From assembly GCF_016026235.1 (NCBI RefSeq), contig NZ_CP065613.1: a stretch of 64,000 nucleotides of DNA, one strand, 5' to 3'. The stretch is from Escherichia coli (GTDB taxonomy: Bacteria > Pseudomonadota > Gammaproteobacteria > Enterobacterales > Enterobacteriaceae). The translations under genes and the position numbers were made by a program. Positions 14,455 to 26,618 of the stretch are shown one piece after another. Position 1 is the first letter of the stretch. Each line of letters starts with the position of its first letter. Below the pieces are notes generated by a model that saw nothing but the letters and a program-made list of their open reading frames with translations, was not told where the DNA came from and did not search any database.

Positions 14455-16306
14455 ATGACGAATCGTATCTCTCGCCTCAAAACTGCACTGTTTGCCAATA
14501 CCCGTGAAATCTCGCTGGAGCGGGCGCTGCTTTATACCGCCAGCCATCGGCAAACCGAAGGCGAACCGGTGATATTGCGCCGGGCGAAAGCAACAGCGTA
14601 TATCCTTGAACATGTTGAAATTTCGATTCGTGATGAAGAACTGATTGCCGGTAACCGCACCGTAAAACCGCGCGCCGGGATTATGTCGCCGGAAATGGAC
14701 CCTTACTGGCTGCTGAAAGAGCTGGATCAATTCCCGACGCGTCCGCAGGACCGCTTTGCTATCAGCGAAGAAGATAAACGTATCTACCGTGAAGAGTTGT
14801 TCCCGTACTGGGAAAAACGTTCGATGAAAGATTTCATCAACGGGCAGATGACAGATGAAGTAAAAGCCGCGACCAACACGCAGATTTTCAGCATCAACCA
14901 GACGGATAAAGGCCAGGGGCACATTATTATTGATTACCCACGCCTGTTGAATCACGGTCTGGGTGAGCTGGTGGCACAGATGCAGCAACATTGTCAGCAA
15001 CAGCCGGAGAATCACTTTTATCAGGCCGCGTTGTTACTGCTGGAAGCCTCGCAGAAACACATTTTGCGTTACGCCGAACTGGCGGAAACGATGGCGGCAA
15101 ACTGCACAGATGCCCAGCGTCGCGAAGAACTGCTGACTATTGCGGAGATCTCTCGCCATAACGCCGAACATAAGCCGCAGACGTTCTGGCAGGCGTGCCA
15201 GTTATTCTGGTACATGAACATCATTCTGCAATACGAATCCAACGCCAGTTCGCTATCGCTGGGGCGCTTCGACCAGTATATGTTGCCGTTCTATCAGGCA
15301 TCATTAACCCAGGGCGAAGATCCGGCGTTCCTGAAAGAACTGCTCGAATCTTTATGGGTGAAATGCAACGACATCGTGCTGTTGCGCTCCACCAGCAGCG
15401 CGCGTTATTTCGCAGGTTTCCCGACCGGCTATACCGCACTGCTCGGCGGGTTAACCGAGAACGGACGTAGCGCGGTGAACGTGCTTTCGTTCCTTTGCCT
15501 TGATTATCAGCGATTGTCTGGAAAAAGGTCGCGATATTACCGATGGCGGCGCGCGTTATAACTTCTCCGGCGTACAGGGGATCGGTATCGCCAACCTGAG
15601 CGATTCTCTCCATGCGTTGAAAGGGATGGTTTTTGAGCAACAGCGTTTAAGTTTTGACGAATTGCTGTCGGTATTAAAAGCCAACTTTGCAACGCCAGAA
15701 GGCGAAAAAGTCCGTGCTCGCTTAATTAACCGCTTCGAGAAATACGGTAACGATATCGACGAGGTGGATAACATCAGCGCCGAACTGTTACGCCACTACT
15801 GCAAAGAAGTGGAAAAATACCAGAACCCGCGCGGCGGTTACTTCACGCCGGGATCGTATACCGTTTCTGCTCACGTCCCGTTGGGATCGGTGGTTGGCGC
15901 GACGCCAGACGGTCGTTTTGCCGGGGAACAACTGGCAGACGGCGGCTTGTCACCTATGCTGGGCCAGGACGCACAAGGGCCAACAGCGGTACTGAAGTCA
16001 GTCAGTAAGCTCGATAATACGCTGCTGTCTAACGGTACGTTGCTGAACGTGAAATTCACTCCGGCGACCCTGGAAGGTGAAGCGGGATTACGCAAACTGG
16101 CCGACTTCTTACGGGCGTTTACCCAGCTTAAGTTGCAGCATATTCAGTTTAACGTGGTGAACGCCGACACGTTGCGGGAAGCGCAACAGCGCCCACAAGA
16201 TTATGCCGGGCTGGTGGTGCGCGTTGCCGGATACAGCGCCTTCTTTGTCGAACTGTCGAAGGAGATCCAGGATGACATCATCCGCCGGACAGCGCATCAG
16301 CTGTAA
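14455..16306 (+). pseudogene. pflD: Formate acetyltransferase 2 (glycyl radical enzyme), disrupted by an internal deletion and frameshift
   Basis: Two ORFs in different frames (14455..15561 and 15500..16306) together span 1852 nt; K-12 pflD is 765 aa (2298 nt) as I recall; the C-terminal ORF keeps the glycyl radical motif RVAGYSAFF; the junction is near 15500. Confidence 0.75.
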
Positions 16307-17150
16307 CGTTGTGGAAACGCGCCGCGATGATGTGGCGCGCATTTTCAACATTCAGCGTTATTCACTGAATGACGGCGAGGGCATTCGTACGGTGGTCTTT
16401 TTTAAAGGCTGTCCGCATCTTTGCCCGTGGTGTGCTAATCCGGAGTCGATCTCCGGCAAAATCCAGACGGTACGCAGAGAGGCGAAATGTCTGCACTGTG
16501 CGAAATGTTTGCGTGATGCGGATGAATGCCCCTCCGGGGCGTTTGAACGGATTGGTCGCGATATCAGCCTTGACGCGCTGGAACGGGAAGTGATGAAAGA
16601 TGACATTTTCTTTCGCACGTCCGGCGGCGGCGTCACGCTTTCTGGCGGCGAAGTGTTAATGCAGGCGGAGTTTGCTACCCGTTTTTTACAGCGACTGCGG
16701 CTGTGGGATGTCTCATGTGCCATTGAAACTGCCGGAGACGCACCAGCCAGCAAGCTGTTACCGCTGGCGAAATTGTGCGATGAAGTGTTGTTCGATTTAA
16801 AAATTATGGACGCGACTCAGGCGCGGGATGTGGTGAAGATGAACCTGCCACGCGTACTGGAGAACCTGCGTTTGCTGGTGAGTGAGGGTGTCAACGTGAT
16901 CCCGCGTTTGCCGCTGATCCCCGGTTTCACACTCAGCCGGGAGAATATGCAGCAGGCGCTGGACGTGCTGATCCCGCTGAATATCAGGCAGATCCATCTG
17001 TTGCCGTTTCATCAGTACGGCGAGCCGAAATACCGCCTGCTGGGGAAAACATGGTCGATGAAAGAGGTGCCTGCGCCGTCGTCAGCCGATGTGACAACGA
17101 TGCGCGAAATGGCAGAACGGGCCGGATTTCAGGTTACCGTGGGAGGTTAA
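16272..17150 (+). CDS. pflC: Glycyl radical enzyme activating protein (radical SAM)
   Basis: ORF 16203..17150, trimmed to the ATG giving MTSSAGQRIS and the 292 aa K-12 length; CPHLCPWC radical-SAM cysteine motif; overlaps the pflD 3' end. Confidence 0.88.
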   Translation: MTSSAGQRISCNVVETRRDDVARIFNIQRYSLNDGEGIRTVVFFKGCPHLCPWCANPESISGKIQTVRREAKCLHCAKCLRDADECPSGAFERIGRDISLDALEREVMKDDIFFRTSGGGVTLSGGEVLMQAEFATRFLQRLRLWDVSCAIETAGDAPASKLLPLAKLCDEVLFDLKIMDATQARDVVKMNLPRVLENLRLLVSEGVNVIPRLPLIPGFTLSRENMQQALDVLIPLNIRQIHLLPFHQYGEPKYRLLGKTWSMKEVPAPSSADVTTMREMAERAGFQVTVGG

Positions 17151-17151
17151 A

Positions 17152-17493
17152 ATGGCATACCTGGTGGCAGTAACCGCCTGCGTAAGCGGCGTGGCGCATA
17201 CTTATATGGCGGCGGAACGGCTGGAAAAGTTGTGCCAGTTAGAGAAGTGGGGCGTCAGCATTGAAACTCAGGGCGCGCTGGGAACGGAGAATCGTTTAGC
17301 GGACGAGGATATCCGTCGGGCGGATGTTGCTCTGTTGATTACGGATATCGAGCTTGCCGGTGCCGAGCGATTTGAACATTGCCGCTATGTGCAATGCAGC
17401 ATCTACGCATTCCTGCGTGAGCCGCAGCGGGTAATGAGCGCGGTGCGCAAAGTGCTTTCTGCGCCGCAGCAAACCCATCTTATTCTGGAGTAG
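17152..17493 (+). CDS. frwD: PTS fructose-like IIB component 2
   Basis: 113 aa ORF, paralogous to frwB (VTACVSGVAHTYMAAE). Confidence 0.9.
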   Translation: MAYLVAVTACVSGVAHTYMAAERLEKLCQLEKWGVSIETQGALGTENRLADEDIRRADVALLITDIELAGAERFEHCRYVQCSIYAFLREPQRVMSAVRKVLSAPQQTHLILE

Positions 17494-18331
17494 TCGGTTT
17501 TTCTGTCAGTTGGCTGTGGTACTGCCGGCGATATTCCGACGGCGAGCGTTCGGTGTTTTTACGAAACAGACGGCAGAAGTAGTTGCTGTCGACAAAGCCG
17601 CAGGCGTGCGCCACTTCTTTTACCTTCAGGTCATAGCCTTTCAATAACGTCTTAGCGTGCTCCAGTCGCGTGTGATTCAGGTATTCGTTAAAACCAATGG
17701 CCCCCGTTTTTTGAAACAGGTGCGAGAGATAGTTTGGTGAAATATAGAATGCCTGTGCGACAGATTCGCGGGTAAGCGCGGAGGCATAGCGTTCGTCGAT
17801 ATAATCGCGAATAGCTTCAAATAGTGCCTGGCTGCGTGAGGCGGTCTGGATTTGGCTGCCGAGCAAATCGCGGCAGTGGCTAATCAGGCTGGCTACGATA
17901 AGCCTTGCCGTTTGCTGCTCCTGCGGCTGCATTTGCATTTCATTGAGCGTTTGTAGCAGAAAAGAACCTATACGTGGGCCGCGTCGGGCGACGTGTTGCT
18001 TCGCCAGATTTTGATATTGTTTGCCATCCCATTGCACGACGCTGAAGCCGAGTTGCTGTTTGCCAAACAGCACGCTAAAGGTGGTAGCGGGTGTTTTCCA
18101 TTGTGGGAAATTCCAGCCACCAGCGGCAACGTACAGCACATCGCCGGGAACTAACGTTGCTCCAGCGCCGGTATCAACAAACTCACCTTCCAGCACAATT
18201 TCCAGCCGTGGAAAATCGACCTGATACGCAAGATCGGGCACCGGGCCGTTACTGCTGGCAAAGTAAATCTGGCGCAGGGACAGCGGGCCGTTGATCAGGC
18301 GGGAGAGCAGATAGCTGACGTCGTGATACAT
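17480..18331 (-). CDS. yijO: AraC-family transcriptional regulator
   Basis: 283 aa ORF with a C-terminal AraC-type HTH region; same length as K-12 YijO. Confidence 0.88.
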   Translation of the reverse strand: MYHDVSYLLSRLINGPLSLRQIYFASSNGPVPDLAYQVDFPRLEIVLEGEFVDTGAGATLVPGDVLYVAAGGWNFPQWKTPATTFSVLFGKQQLGFSVVQWDGKQYQNLAKQHVARRGPRIGSFLLQTLNEMQMQPQEQQTARLIVASLISHCRDLLGSQIQTASRSQALFEAIRDYIDERYASALTRESVAQAFYISPNYLSHLFQKTGAIGFNEYLNHTRLEHAKTLLKGYDLKVKEVAHACGFVDSNYFCRLFRKNTERSPSEYRRQYHSQLTEKPTTPE

Positions 18332-18375
18332 GTTATTCCCTTAGGTATGTAGACGGGAAAACAGTAACTGGCATT

Positions 18376-18408
18376 ATTAAAAAAGGCCACCTGAAAAGTG
18401 TGGCCTGA
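18376..18408 (-). terminator. Rho-independent terminator downstream of eptC
   Basis: On the minus strand: ggccacac-ttttc-aggtggcc hairpin followed by a T run. Confidence 0.5.
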
Positions 18409-18443
18409 GGGGAGTTCGATGTAAACATTGCGGCAGTTGTATT

Positions 18444-18532
18444 GCCGGATGTGGCGTAAACGCCTTATCCAGTCTACCGCCGCGATCTGTAGGCCGGATA
18501 AGACGCGTCAAGCGTCGCATCCGGCAAATAGC
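18444..18532. repeat. REP elements
   Basis: gccggatgtggcgtaaacgccttatcc and gtaggccggataagacgcgtcaagcgtcgcatccggc REP-type palindromes. Confidence 0.7.
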
Positions 18533-18545
18533 GCCTGGCTGATAA

Positions 18546-20279
18546 TTACTGATTACCTACCTGGTCGCCATACGGCAGTGTGTCGTAATCGATCAGCGCG
18601 TTTTTCTTGTACGGGTTACCAATCCAGCGGGTAGTTTCTTTGAACTGCGGATTCACCACTGAACGGGTTGGATCGTAACCGTCGTAAGATAAGCCTGCTA
18701 AATCTGACCAGGTGTGGATCAGTTCCGCAAGGCTGTATTTACGATCAACATCCTGCGAGAAATCACGCGGATGAGTCGCTTGCCATTTTTCTGACGTCCA
18801 CAGCAGGAACGGAATGGTGTACATATGACGCGTCGGGTTGTCCTCATTACGCCCCTGGGTTTTATGAGGCGGCGTGTCGTAAACCTCTTCACCGTGGTCA
18901 GAGAAGTAAACCAGGAAACCGTTCGGGTCTGCTGCTTTAAAGTCTTTAATCAGGCTGGCAACCACATGATCGTTATACAGGTTAGCGTTGTCATAATCGT
19001 TATATGACTCCAGCTCTTCCGCGTTTAATCCCGGCGGAACATGATCGGTATTGCCATCAAACTTGCCCTGATTTTCCGGGTAGCGGTATTTGTATTTGAT
19101 ATGCGTACCCAGCAGATGAACAATGATCAGTTTCTTCGGCGCAGGGTCCTTCAGCACTTCCTGGAACGGCTTCAGCACGTTAGTGTCGTATTCACGCGCA
19201 CTCTGCGTACGTTGCTGGTTCATGTAGTACTGCTTGTCGGTCTGGCGCGAAAATACCGTCAGCATGGTATTGCGGGCGGTCATCGTCTGCTGGTTGGTGA
19301 TCCAGAAGGTTTTATAACCCGCCTGTTTCATCATGTTCATCAGCGACGGCTGCGTCAGATACAGATCTGGGTTCTTTTCATTGGCAAAGGTCAGCGCCTG
19401 TTGCAGGATTTCAATGGTGTACGGACGAGACGTAACTACGTTATTAAACACGGTTAGATTCGGATCGGTTTTATGCAGCGCATCCAGCTCCGGCGTGGTT
19501 TCACGCGGATAACCGTACAGACTCATGCGTCCACGCTGGGTTGACTCGCCAATCACCAGCACTAAGGTGCGCGGTTCGTTACCCGATTCATCTTTGAAAT
19601 TAGCCAGCGGCGGCAAGGCATTATTTTCATTCAGTAGCTTTGTTAGCGAGTTTAGTTGCTGACGATACTGATAATAGCCGGTCAGGAATTGCCACGGTGC
19701 GGCAGGCTCCATACGCGAGGCCAGGTTATCCAACGTTTTCTCAAACGGCTTGTTTTTGATAAACGTATTCATGGCGATCGGATGCAGAATCAAGCCATAA
19801 AGCAGGGCAAAAGAGACAACATAACGCCACGGCTTTGGAATATAGACCGGGCGCAGGCGTGTCCACAGCAGAACTGCCACCGCCGTATAGGCCAGCGCGA
19901 TAAGCACAATTTTCAGGCTGAAATACTGGCTTAAATACTCGCTGGCTTCGTTGGTGTTGGTTTCGAACATCACAAACAGAACGCTCTGCGAGAACTCCTG
20001 ACCGTAGATGACGTAGTAGCACAGCGCCGCCAGAGAGGCCGCCCATAGCACCACGCCGATCACTGCGGCAATAATTTTGATCCGCTTCGGAAAGAGGAAT
20101 ACCGGAATTAACCACAGCGAGCTGAATAACAGCGAGTCGCGAATGCCGTTGGTGCCACTATAACCACTGATGTAAATAATGGCCTGTAGCAGAGTAGAGA
20201 AAAACCAAAAGTAGAGCAGTGCCCAACCCAGGGCTTTCCAGCTAAAAAGAGGTTTAGCCTGGACTTCTGTGGAATGCAT
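18546..20279 (-). CDS. eptC: Phosphoethanolamine transferase (LPS core modification)
   Basis: ORF 18546..20324, trimmed to the ATG giving MHSTEVQAKP and the 577 aa K-12 length; N-terminal TM helices plus sulfatase-like domain. Confidence 0.9.
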   Translation of the reverse strand: MHSTEVQAKPLFSWKALGWALLYFWFFSTLLQAIIYISGYSGTNGIRDSLLFSSLWLIPVFLFPKRIKIIAAVIGVVLWAASLAALCYYVIYGQEFSQSVLFVMFETNTNEASEYLSQYFSLKIVLIALAYTAVAVLLWTRLRPVYIPKPWRYVVSFALLYGLILHPIAMNTFIKNKPFEKTLDNLASRMEPAAPWQFLTGYYQYRQQLNSLTKLLNENNALPPLANFKDESGNEPRTLVLVIGESTQRGRMSLYGYPRETTPELDALHKTDPNLTVFNNVVTSRPYTIEILQQALTFANEKNPDLYLTQPSLMNMMKQAGYKTFWITNQQTMTARNTMLTVFSRQTDKQYYMNQQRTQSAREYDTNVLKPFQEVLKDPAPKKLIIVHLLGTHIKYKYRYPENQGKFDGNTDHVPPGLNAEELESYNDYDNANLYNDHVVASLIKDFKAADPNGFLVYFSDHGEEVYDTPPHKTQGRNEDNPTRHMYTIPFLLWTSEKWQATHPRDFSQDVDRKYSLAELIHTWSDLAGLSYDGYDPTRSVVNPQFKETTRWIGNPYKKNALIDYDTLPYGDQVGNQ

Positions 20280-20461
20280 AGTAAGAACCTGTCTTGAAAA
20301 AAATATCGCCGAATGTACCGACAATTCCTTAAGGATATCTGAAGGGATATCCAGAATTTGAATAAAATGCAGACAGAAATATATTGAAAACGAGGGTGTT
20401 AGAACAGAAGTATTTCAGAAAACCCTCGCGCAAAAGCACGAGGGTTTGCAGGAGAGGAAGA

Positions 20462-23113
20462 TTAGCCGGTATTACGCATACCTGCCGCAATCCCGGCAAT
20501 AGTGACCATTAACGCCTGCTCGACGCGAGGATCCGGTTCCTGGCCTTCTTTTTCTGCCTGGCGGGAGCGGTGCAGCAACTCGGCTTGCAATACGTTCAGC
20601 GGGTCGGTGTAAATATTCCGTAGCTGAATAGACTCTGCAATCCACGGCAGATCGGCCATCAGATGGGAATCGTTGGCAATCGCCAGCACCACTTTGATGT
20701 CTTCTTCTTGCAGATTGCGTAACTCTTTACCTAACGGCCACAGTGCTTTGTCTACCAGGCGTTGGTCATAGTATTCCGCCAGCCACAGGTCTGCTTTGGC
20801 GAAGACCATCTCCAGCATGCCGAGACGCGTCGAGAAGAATGGCCAATCGCGGCACATAGCCTCCAGCTCGCTCTGTTTGCCATCTTCGACCACTTTTTGC
20901 AGCGCCGTACCTGCACCCAGCCAGGCGGGGAGCATCAGACGGTTTTGCGTCCAGGCGAAGATCCACGGAATGGCGCGTAGTGACTCGACGCCGCCGGTTG
21001 GGCGACGTTTCGCCGGACGTGAACCCAACGGCAGTTTGCCCAGTTCTTGTTCCGGCGTAGCGGAGCGGAAGTAAGGCACAAAATCTTTGTTTTCACGTAC
21101 GTAGCCACGGTAGAGATCGCAGGAGATGACTGATAGTTCATCCATAATGCGACGCCAGCTCTCTTTCGGCTCAGGTGGTGGCAGCAGGTTGGCTTCCAGA
21201 ATCGCCCCGGTGTAAAGCGACAGGCTGCTGACGGTGATTTCTGGCAGACCATATTTAAAGCGGATCATCTCGCCCTGTTCAGTCACGCGCAGGCCACCTT
21301 TCAGGCTTCCTGGCGGTTGTGACAGCAGCGCCGCATGAGCAGGTGCGCCGCCGCGACCAATGGAACCGCCGCGACCGTGGAACAACGTCAGCTCAATACC
21401 CGCTTTTTCGCAGGTTTTGATTAATGCATCCTGTGCCTGATATTGCGCCCAGGAAGCTGCCATCACGCCCGCATCTTTTGCTGAGTCGGAATAGCCAATC
21501 ATCACCATCTGTTTGCCCTGAATCAGGCCGCGATACCAGTCGATATTGAGCAGCTGGGTCATGACATCGTTGGCGTTGTTCAGGTCATCGAGAGTTTCAA
21601 ACAGCGGAGCAACCGGCATCGCAAACCCGATACCCGCTTCTTTCAGCAGCAGGTGGACAGCCAGTACGTCGGACGGCGTTTTCGCCATCGAGATCACGTA
21701 GGCGGCAATGGAGCCTTGCGGCGCTTCGGCAATCACCTGGCAGGTATCGAGCACTTCGCGCGTTTCGGCGCTTGGTTGCCAGTTGCGCGGCAGAAGCGGA
21801 CGTTTGGAGTTCAGTTCGCGGATCAGGAACGCCTGTTTGTCGGCCTCTGACCAGCTTTCGTAGTCGCCGATACCGAGGTAGCGGGTCAGCTCGCCCAGCG
21901 CTTCGGTATGGCGGGTGCTCTCCTGACGGATATCAATACGGACCAGCGGTACGCCGAAACATTTCACGCGGCGCAGGGTGTCGAGCAGATCGCCGTTGGC
22001 GATAATACCCATGCCACACGCCTGAAGTGACTGGTAGCAAGCGTAGAGCGGTTCCCACAGTTCTTCGTTTTGTGTCAGCAGGCCTTCTGGTTTTGGCAGT
22101 TCTTCGCCTTTCAGGCGCGCTTCCAGCCATGCCTGTGTCGCCATCAGGCGAGAACGCAGGTTTTTCATCAGATAGCGATACGGTTCTGCGGCACCTTCTT
22201 CGCCAACCAGCGCCAGCAGTTCAGGGGTCGCTTCAACCATCGACAGTTCAGAAACCAGAACCTGAATATCTTTCAGGAACAGATCGGTGGCTTTCCAGCG
22301 GCTGAGCAGCAGGACGTGGCGGGTGATATCGGCAGTGACGTTCGGGTTGCCGTCGCGGTCACCGCCCATCCACGAGGTAAAACGTACCGGAACAAATTCG
22401 ACGGGCAGTTTGTAGCCGAGGTTCTCTTCCAGTTGTTCGTTCAGTTCGCGCAGGTAATTCGGTACGCCTTGCCACAGGCTGTTTTCTACTACGGCAAAGC
22501 CCCATTTGGCTTCATCTACCGGGCTTGGACGCAGCTTACGGATTTCATCGGTATGCCATGACTGGGCGATCAACTGGCGCAGGCGGCGCATCAGCTGGTT
22601 GTGTTCGTAGTCAGCGATATCTTTGTTATCGAGCTGTTTTAAGCAGGCGTTCACTTCCACCATTTTGTGGATCAGTGTACGACGGGTAATTTCGGTTGGG
22701 TGAGCCGTGAGGACCAGTTCCAGCGACAGCGATTCCACTGCTTTTTTGATGGTGTCTTCGCTCAGTTCCGGCTGGTTTTTCAGTTTACGCAGGGTGCGGG
22801 CGATCACTTCCGGGTTGCTGGCAGCTTCGCCTTTCGGCGAAATGCTGTGGTATTGCTCGGCGGTGTTGGCCAGGTTCAGGAACTGACTAAACGCACGCGC
22901 AACGGGCAGCAGCTCGTCGTTCGACAAATTTTGTAAGGTGGTGAGTAACTCCTGGCGGTTAGCATCATTGCCAGCGCGTGAAGATTTGGACAACTTACGG
23001 ATAGTTTCTACGCGTTCAAGAATGTGTTCTCCCAACGCATCCTTGATGGTTTCTCCCAGCACTTTGCCGAGCATACTGACATTACTACGCAATGCGGAAT
23101 ATTGTTCGTTCAT
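20462..23113 (-). CDS. ppc: Phosphoenolpyruvate carboxylase
   Basis: 883 aa ORF, same length as K-12 Ppc. Confidence 0.96.
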
Positions 23114-23361
23114 ATTACCCCAGACACCCCATCTTATCGTTTGATAGCCCTGTATCCTTCACGTCGCATTGGCGCGAATATGCTCGGGCTTTGCTTTTCA
23201 TCGTCTTTTATAAAGCCACGTAAAAGCGATGACGTCAAATGCTGCGAAATCGCTTCAGCAAACGAATAAATAGCAGGAATTTACGTCATTAAATTCACGA
23301 CGCTTTAAATAAGCGTAACTTATGGGAATGTTAAAAAATCGCCTCAAGTAACACCAAAGGT

Positions 23362-23463
23362 GTAGGTCGGATAAGATGCGCAAGTATCGCATCCGACATT
23401 ATTGCGGCACTGGAGTTTGGCAACAGTGCCGGATGCGGCGCAAGCGCCTTATTCGGCCTACGT
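23362..23463. repeat. REP elements
   Basis: gtaggtcggataagatgcgcaagtatcgcatccgac and gccggatgcggcgcaagcgccttattcggcctac palindromic units between ppc and argE. Confidence 0.7.
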
Positions 23464-23464
23464 T

Positions 23465-24616
23465 TTAATGCCAGCAAAAATGATGAATGACCTGGGTTAT
23501 CAGTTCGCGGGTGGGCTTGATAAACCGTGTTTCCAGATATTCATCAGGCTGATGAGCCTGATTAATTGAGCCAGGCCCCAGAACCAGCGTCGGGCATAAC
23601 GTTTGAATAAACGGCGCTTCGGTACAGTAATTCACCACTTCGGTCTTTGCTCCGAGCAATTTCTCAACCACTTCAACCAGTTGATGATTCGGTGGGCATT
23701 CATAGCCAGGGATCGGCGGATGCAGCTCGTCGACCGTCAGACGACCCGGCCAGCGTTCGCTCACCGGAGCCAATGCATCGTTGAGCAAACCATTAAGTTC
23801 ATTGAGTGTCATGCCAGGCAGCGGACGAATATCCATATGCAACTCACAGCAAGCGCAAATACGGTTAGAAGCGTCGCCACCGTGAATATGCCCGAGGTTG
23901 AGCGTAGGGTATGGCACGGTAAACGCGTCGTAGTGATAACGTTCTTTCAGGTTATCGCGCAATTGCAAAATATGCCCGATAGCGTCGTGCATTAGTTCGA
24001 TAGCGTTAACTCCGCGTGCTGGATCGCTGGAGTGCCCCGACTGGCCCTGAATACGGATGGCGTTAGAGATATGACCTTTATGTGCGCGTACCGGTTGTAG
24101 TGACGTCGGTTCGCCAATGATGGCGCAATCCGGGCGCAGGGCAGTAGTTTCGGCAAAATAACGCGCTCCGGCCATACTGGTTTCTTCATCAGCAGTCGCC
24201 AGAATGTAGAGCGGTTTTTTCAGTTTCGTGACGTCGACATCGCGTAGCGCATCAAGGATAAATGCAAAAAAGCCTTTCATGTCGGCGGTGCCTAAGCCGT
24301 AAAGCTTGCCGTCATGCTCCGTCAGTGTAAACGGATCGCGCGTCCAGCGACCGTCATCAAATGGCACCGTATCGGTATGCCCCGCCAGCAACAAGCCGCC
24401 AGCCCCTTGTCCGGTACTTGCCAGCATATTGAATTTGTTGCGAGTTCCTGGCACAGGCTGCACTTCCACATTGAAGCCTAAATCTTTAAACCAGTCCGCC
24501 AGCAGAGTGATTAAATCTGCATTGCTTTGATCGAGTGCCTCTTCCGTGGCGCTTATTGAAGGTGTGGCAATCAGAGCACGATAAATCTCGATAAATGGCG
24601 GTAATTTGTTTTTCAT
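23465..24616 (-). CDS. argE: Acetylornithine deacetylase
   Basis: ORF 23465..24655, trimmed to the ATG giving [10 protein letters not shown] and the 383 aa K-12 length; M20 peptidase family. Confidence 0.92.
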   Translation of the reverse strand: MKNKLPPFIEIYRALIATPSISATEEALDQSNADLITLLADWFKDLGFNVEVQPVPGTRNKFNMLASTGQGAGGLLLAGHTDTVPFDDGRWTRDPFTLTEHDGKLYGLGTADMKGFFAFILDALRDVDVTKLKKPLYILATADEETSMAGARYFAETTALRPDCAIIGEPTSLQPVRAHKGHISNAIRIQGQSGHSSDPARGVNAIELMHDAIGHILQLRDNLKERYHYDAFTVPYPTLNLGHIHGGDASNRICACCELHMDIRPLPGMTLNELNGLLNDALAPVSERWPGRLTVDELHPPIPGYECPPNHQLVEVVEKLLGAKTEVVNYCTEAPFIQTLCPTLVLGPGSINQAHQPDEYLETRFIKPTRELITQVIHHFCWH

Positions 24617-24639
24617 TGTTGACACACCTCTGGTCATGA

Positions 24640-24690
24640 TAGTATCAATATTCATGCAGTATTTATGAATAAAAATACACTAACGTTGAG
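24640..24690. promoter_or_regulatory. argE/argCBH divergent control region with ArgR operator (ARG boxes)
   Basis: aatattcatgcagtatttatgaataaaaatacact contains two adjacent TnTGAATwwwwATTCAnw-like ARG boxes between the divergent argE and argC starts. Confidence 0.55.
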
Positions 24691-24769
24691 CGTAATAAAA
24701 CCCACCAGCCGTAAGGTGAATGTTTTACGTTTAACCTGGCAACCAGACATAAGAAGGTGAATAGCCCCG

Positions 24770-25774
24770 ATGTTGAATACGCTGATTGTGGGTGCCAGCG
24801 GCTACGCTGGCGCAGAGCTAGTGACCTATGTAAATCGCCATCCGCATATGAACATAACCGCTTTGACTGTTTCAGCGCAAAGCAATGATGCGGGAAAGTT
24901 AATCTCCGATTTGCATCCGCAGCTAAAAGGCATCGTTGAGCTGCCGTTGCAGCCGATGTCGGATATCAGCGAGTTTAGCCCAGGGGTGGACGTAGTGTTT
25001 CTCGCCACCGCCCATGAAGTTAGCCACGATTTAGCGCCGCAGTTTCTTGAAGCGGGCTGCGTGGTGTTCGACCTTTCCGGCGCGTTTCGTGTTAACGACG
25101 CCACCTTCTATGAAAAATATTACGGCTTTACCCATCAATACCCGGAACTGCTGGAACAGGCAGCCTACGGTCTGGCGGAGTGGTGCGGTAATAAATTAAA
25201 AGAAGCGAATTTGATTGCGGTGCCAGGCTGTTATCCGACGGCGGCACAGCTGGCGCTGAAACCGTTGATTGATGCCGATCTTCTTGACCTCAATCAGTGG
25301 CCGGTGATCAACGCCACCAGCGGCGTGAGCGGTGCAGGACGTAAGGCAGCGATTTCAAATAGTTTTTGTGAAGTTAGCCTGCAACCGTATGGCGTCTTTA
25401 CTCATCGCCATCAACCAGAGATCGCCACACACCTCGGTGCTGACGTTATCTTCACCCCACATCTGGGCAATTTCCCGCGCGGCATTCTCGAAACCATTAC
25501 CTGCCGCCTGAAATCGGGTGTGACCCAGGCGCAAGTCGCGCAAGTGTTACAGCAGGCGTATGCCCATAAACCGCTGGTGCGGCTGTATGACAAAGGCGTT
25601 CCGGCGCTGAAAAATGTCGTTGGGCTGCCATTTTTCGATATCGGGTTTGCCGTTCAGGGCGAGCATCTGATTATTGTGGCGACCGAAGACAACTTACTGA
25701 AAGGCGCGGCGGCACAAGCGGTACAGTGCGCCAATATTCGTTTCGGCTATGCGGAAACGCAGTCTCTTATTTAA
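24770..25774 (+). CDS. argC: N-acetyl-gamma-glutamyl-phosphate reductase
   Basis: 334 aa ORF, same length as K-12 ArgC. Confidence 0.95.
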
Positions 25775-25781
25775 GGGTGCA

Positions 25782-26558
25782 ATGATGAATCCATTAATTA
25801 TCAAACTGGGCGGCGTACTGCTGGATAGTGAAGAGGCGCTGGAACGTCTGTTTAGCGCACTGGTGAATTATCGTGAGTCACATCAGCGTCCGCTGGTGAT
25901 TGTGCACGGCGGCGGTTGCGTGGTGGATGAGCTGATGAAAGGGCTGAATCTGCCGGTGAAAAAGAAAAACGGCCTGCGGGTGACGCCTGCTGATCAGATA
26001 GACATTATCACCGGAGCACTGGCGGGAACGGCAAATAAAACCCTGTTGGCATGGGCGAAGAAACATCAGATTGCGGCCGTAGGTTTGTTTCTCGGTGACG
26101 GCGACAGCGTCAAAGTGACCCAGCTTGATGAAGAGTTAGGTCATGTTGGACTGGCGCAGCCAGGTTCGCCTAAGCTTATCAACTCCTTGCTGGAGAACGG
26201 TTATCTGCCGGTGGTCAGCTCCATTGGCGTAACAGACGAAGGGCAACTGATGAACGTCAATGCCGACCAGGCGGCAACGGCGCTGGCGGCAACGCTGGGC
26301 GCGGATCTGATTTTGCTCTCCGACGTCAGCGGCATTCTCGACGGCAAAGGGCAACGCATTGCCGAAATGACCGCCGCGAAAGCAGAACAACTGATTGAGC
26401 AGGGCATTATTACTGACGGCATGATAGTGAAAGTGAACGCGGCGCTGGATGCGGCCCGCACGCTGGGCCGTCCGGTAGATATCGCCTCCTGGCGTCATGC
26501 GGAGCAGCTTCCGGCACTGTTTAACGGTATGCCGATGGGTACGCGGATTTTAGCTTAA
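25782..26558 (+). CDS. argB: Acetylglutamate kinase
   Basis: ORF 25749..26558, trimmed to the ATG giving [11 protein letters not shown] and the 258 aa K-12 length. Confidence 0.92.
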
Positions 26559-26618
26559 GTTTTGTTGGCCGGAGGCGCAGCTTTCCGGCATTGAATTTCA
26601 AAATAAGGAAACAGAGTT

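Noticed and set aside
14401-15015. 204-aa minus-strand ORF opposite the pflD N-terminal fragment
   Set aside because: Antisense to a coding region; the two frames at pflD are explained by the deletion and frameshift, not by a separate gene on the opposite strand
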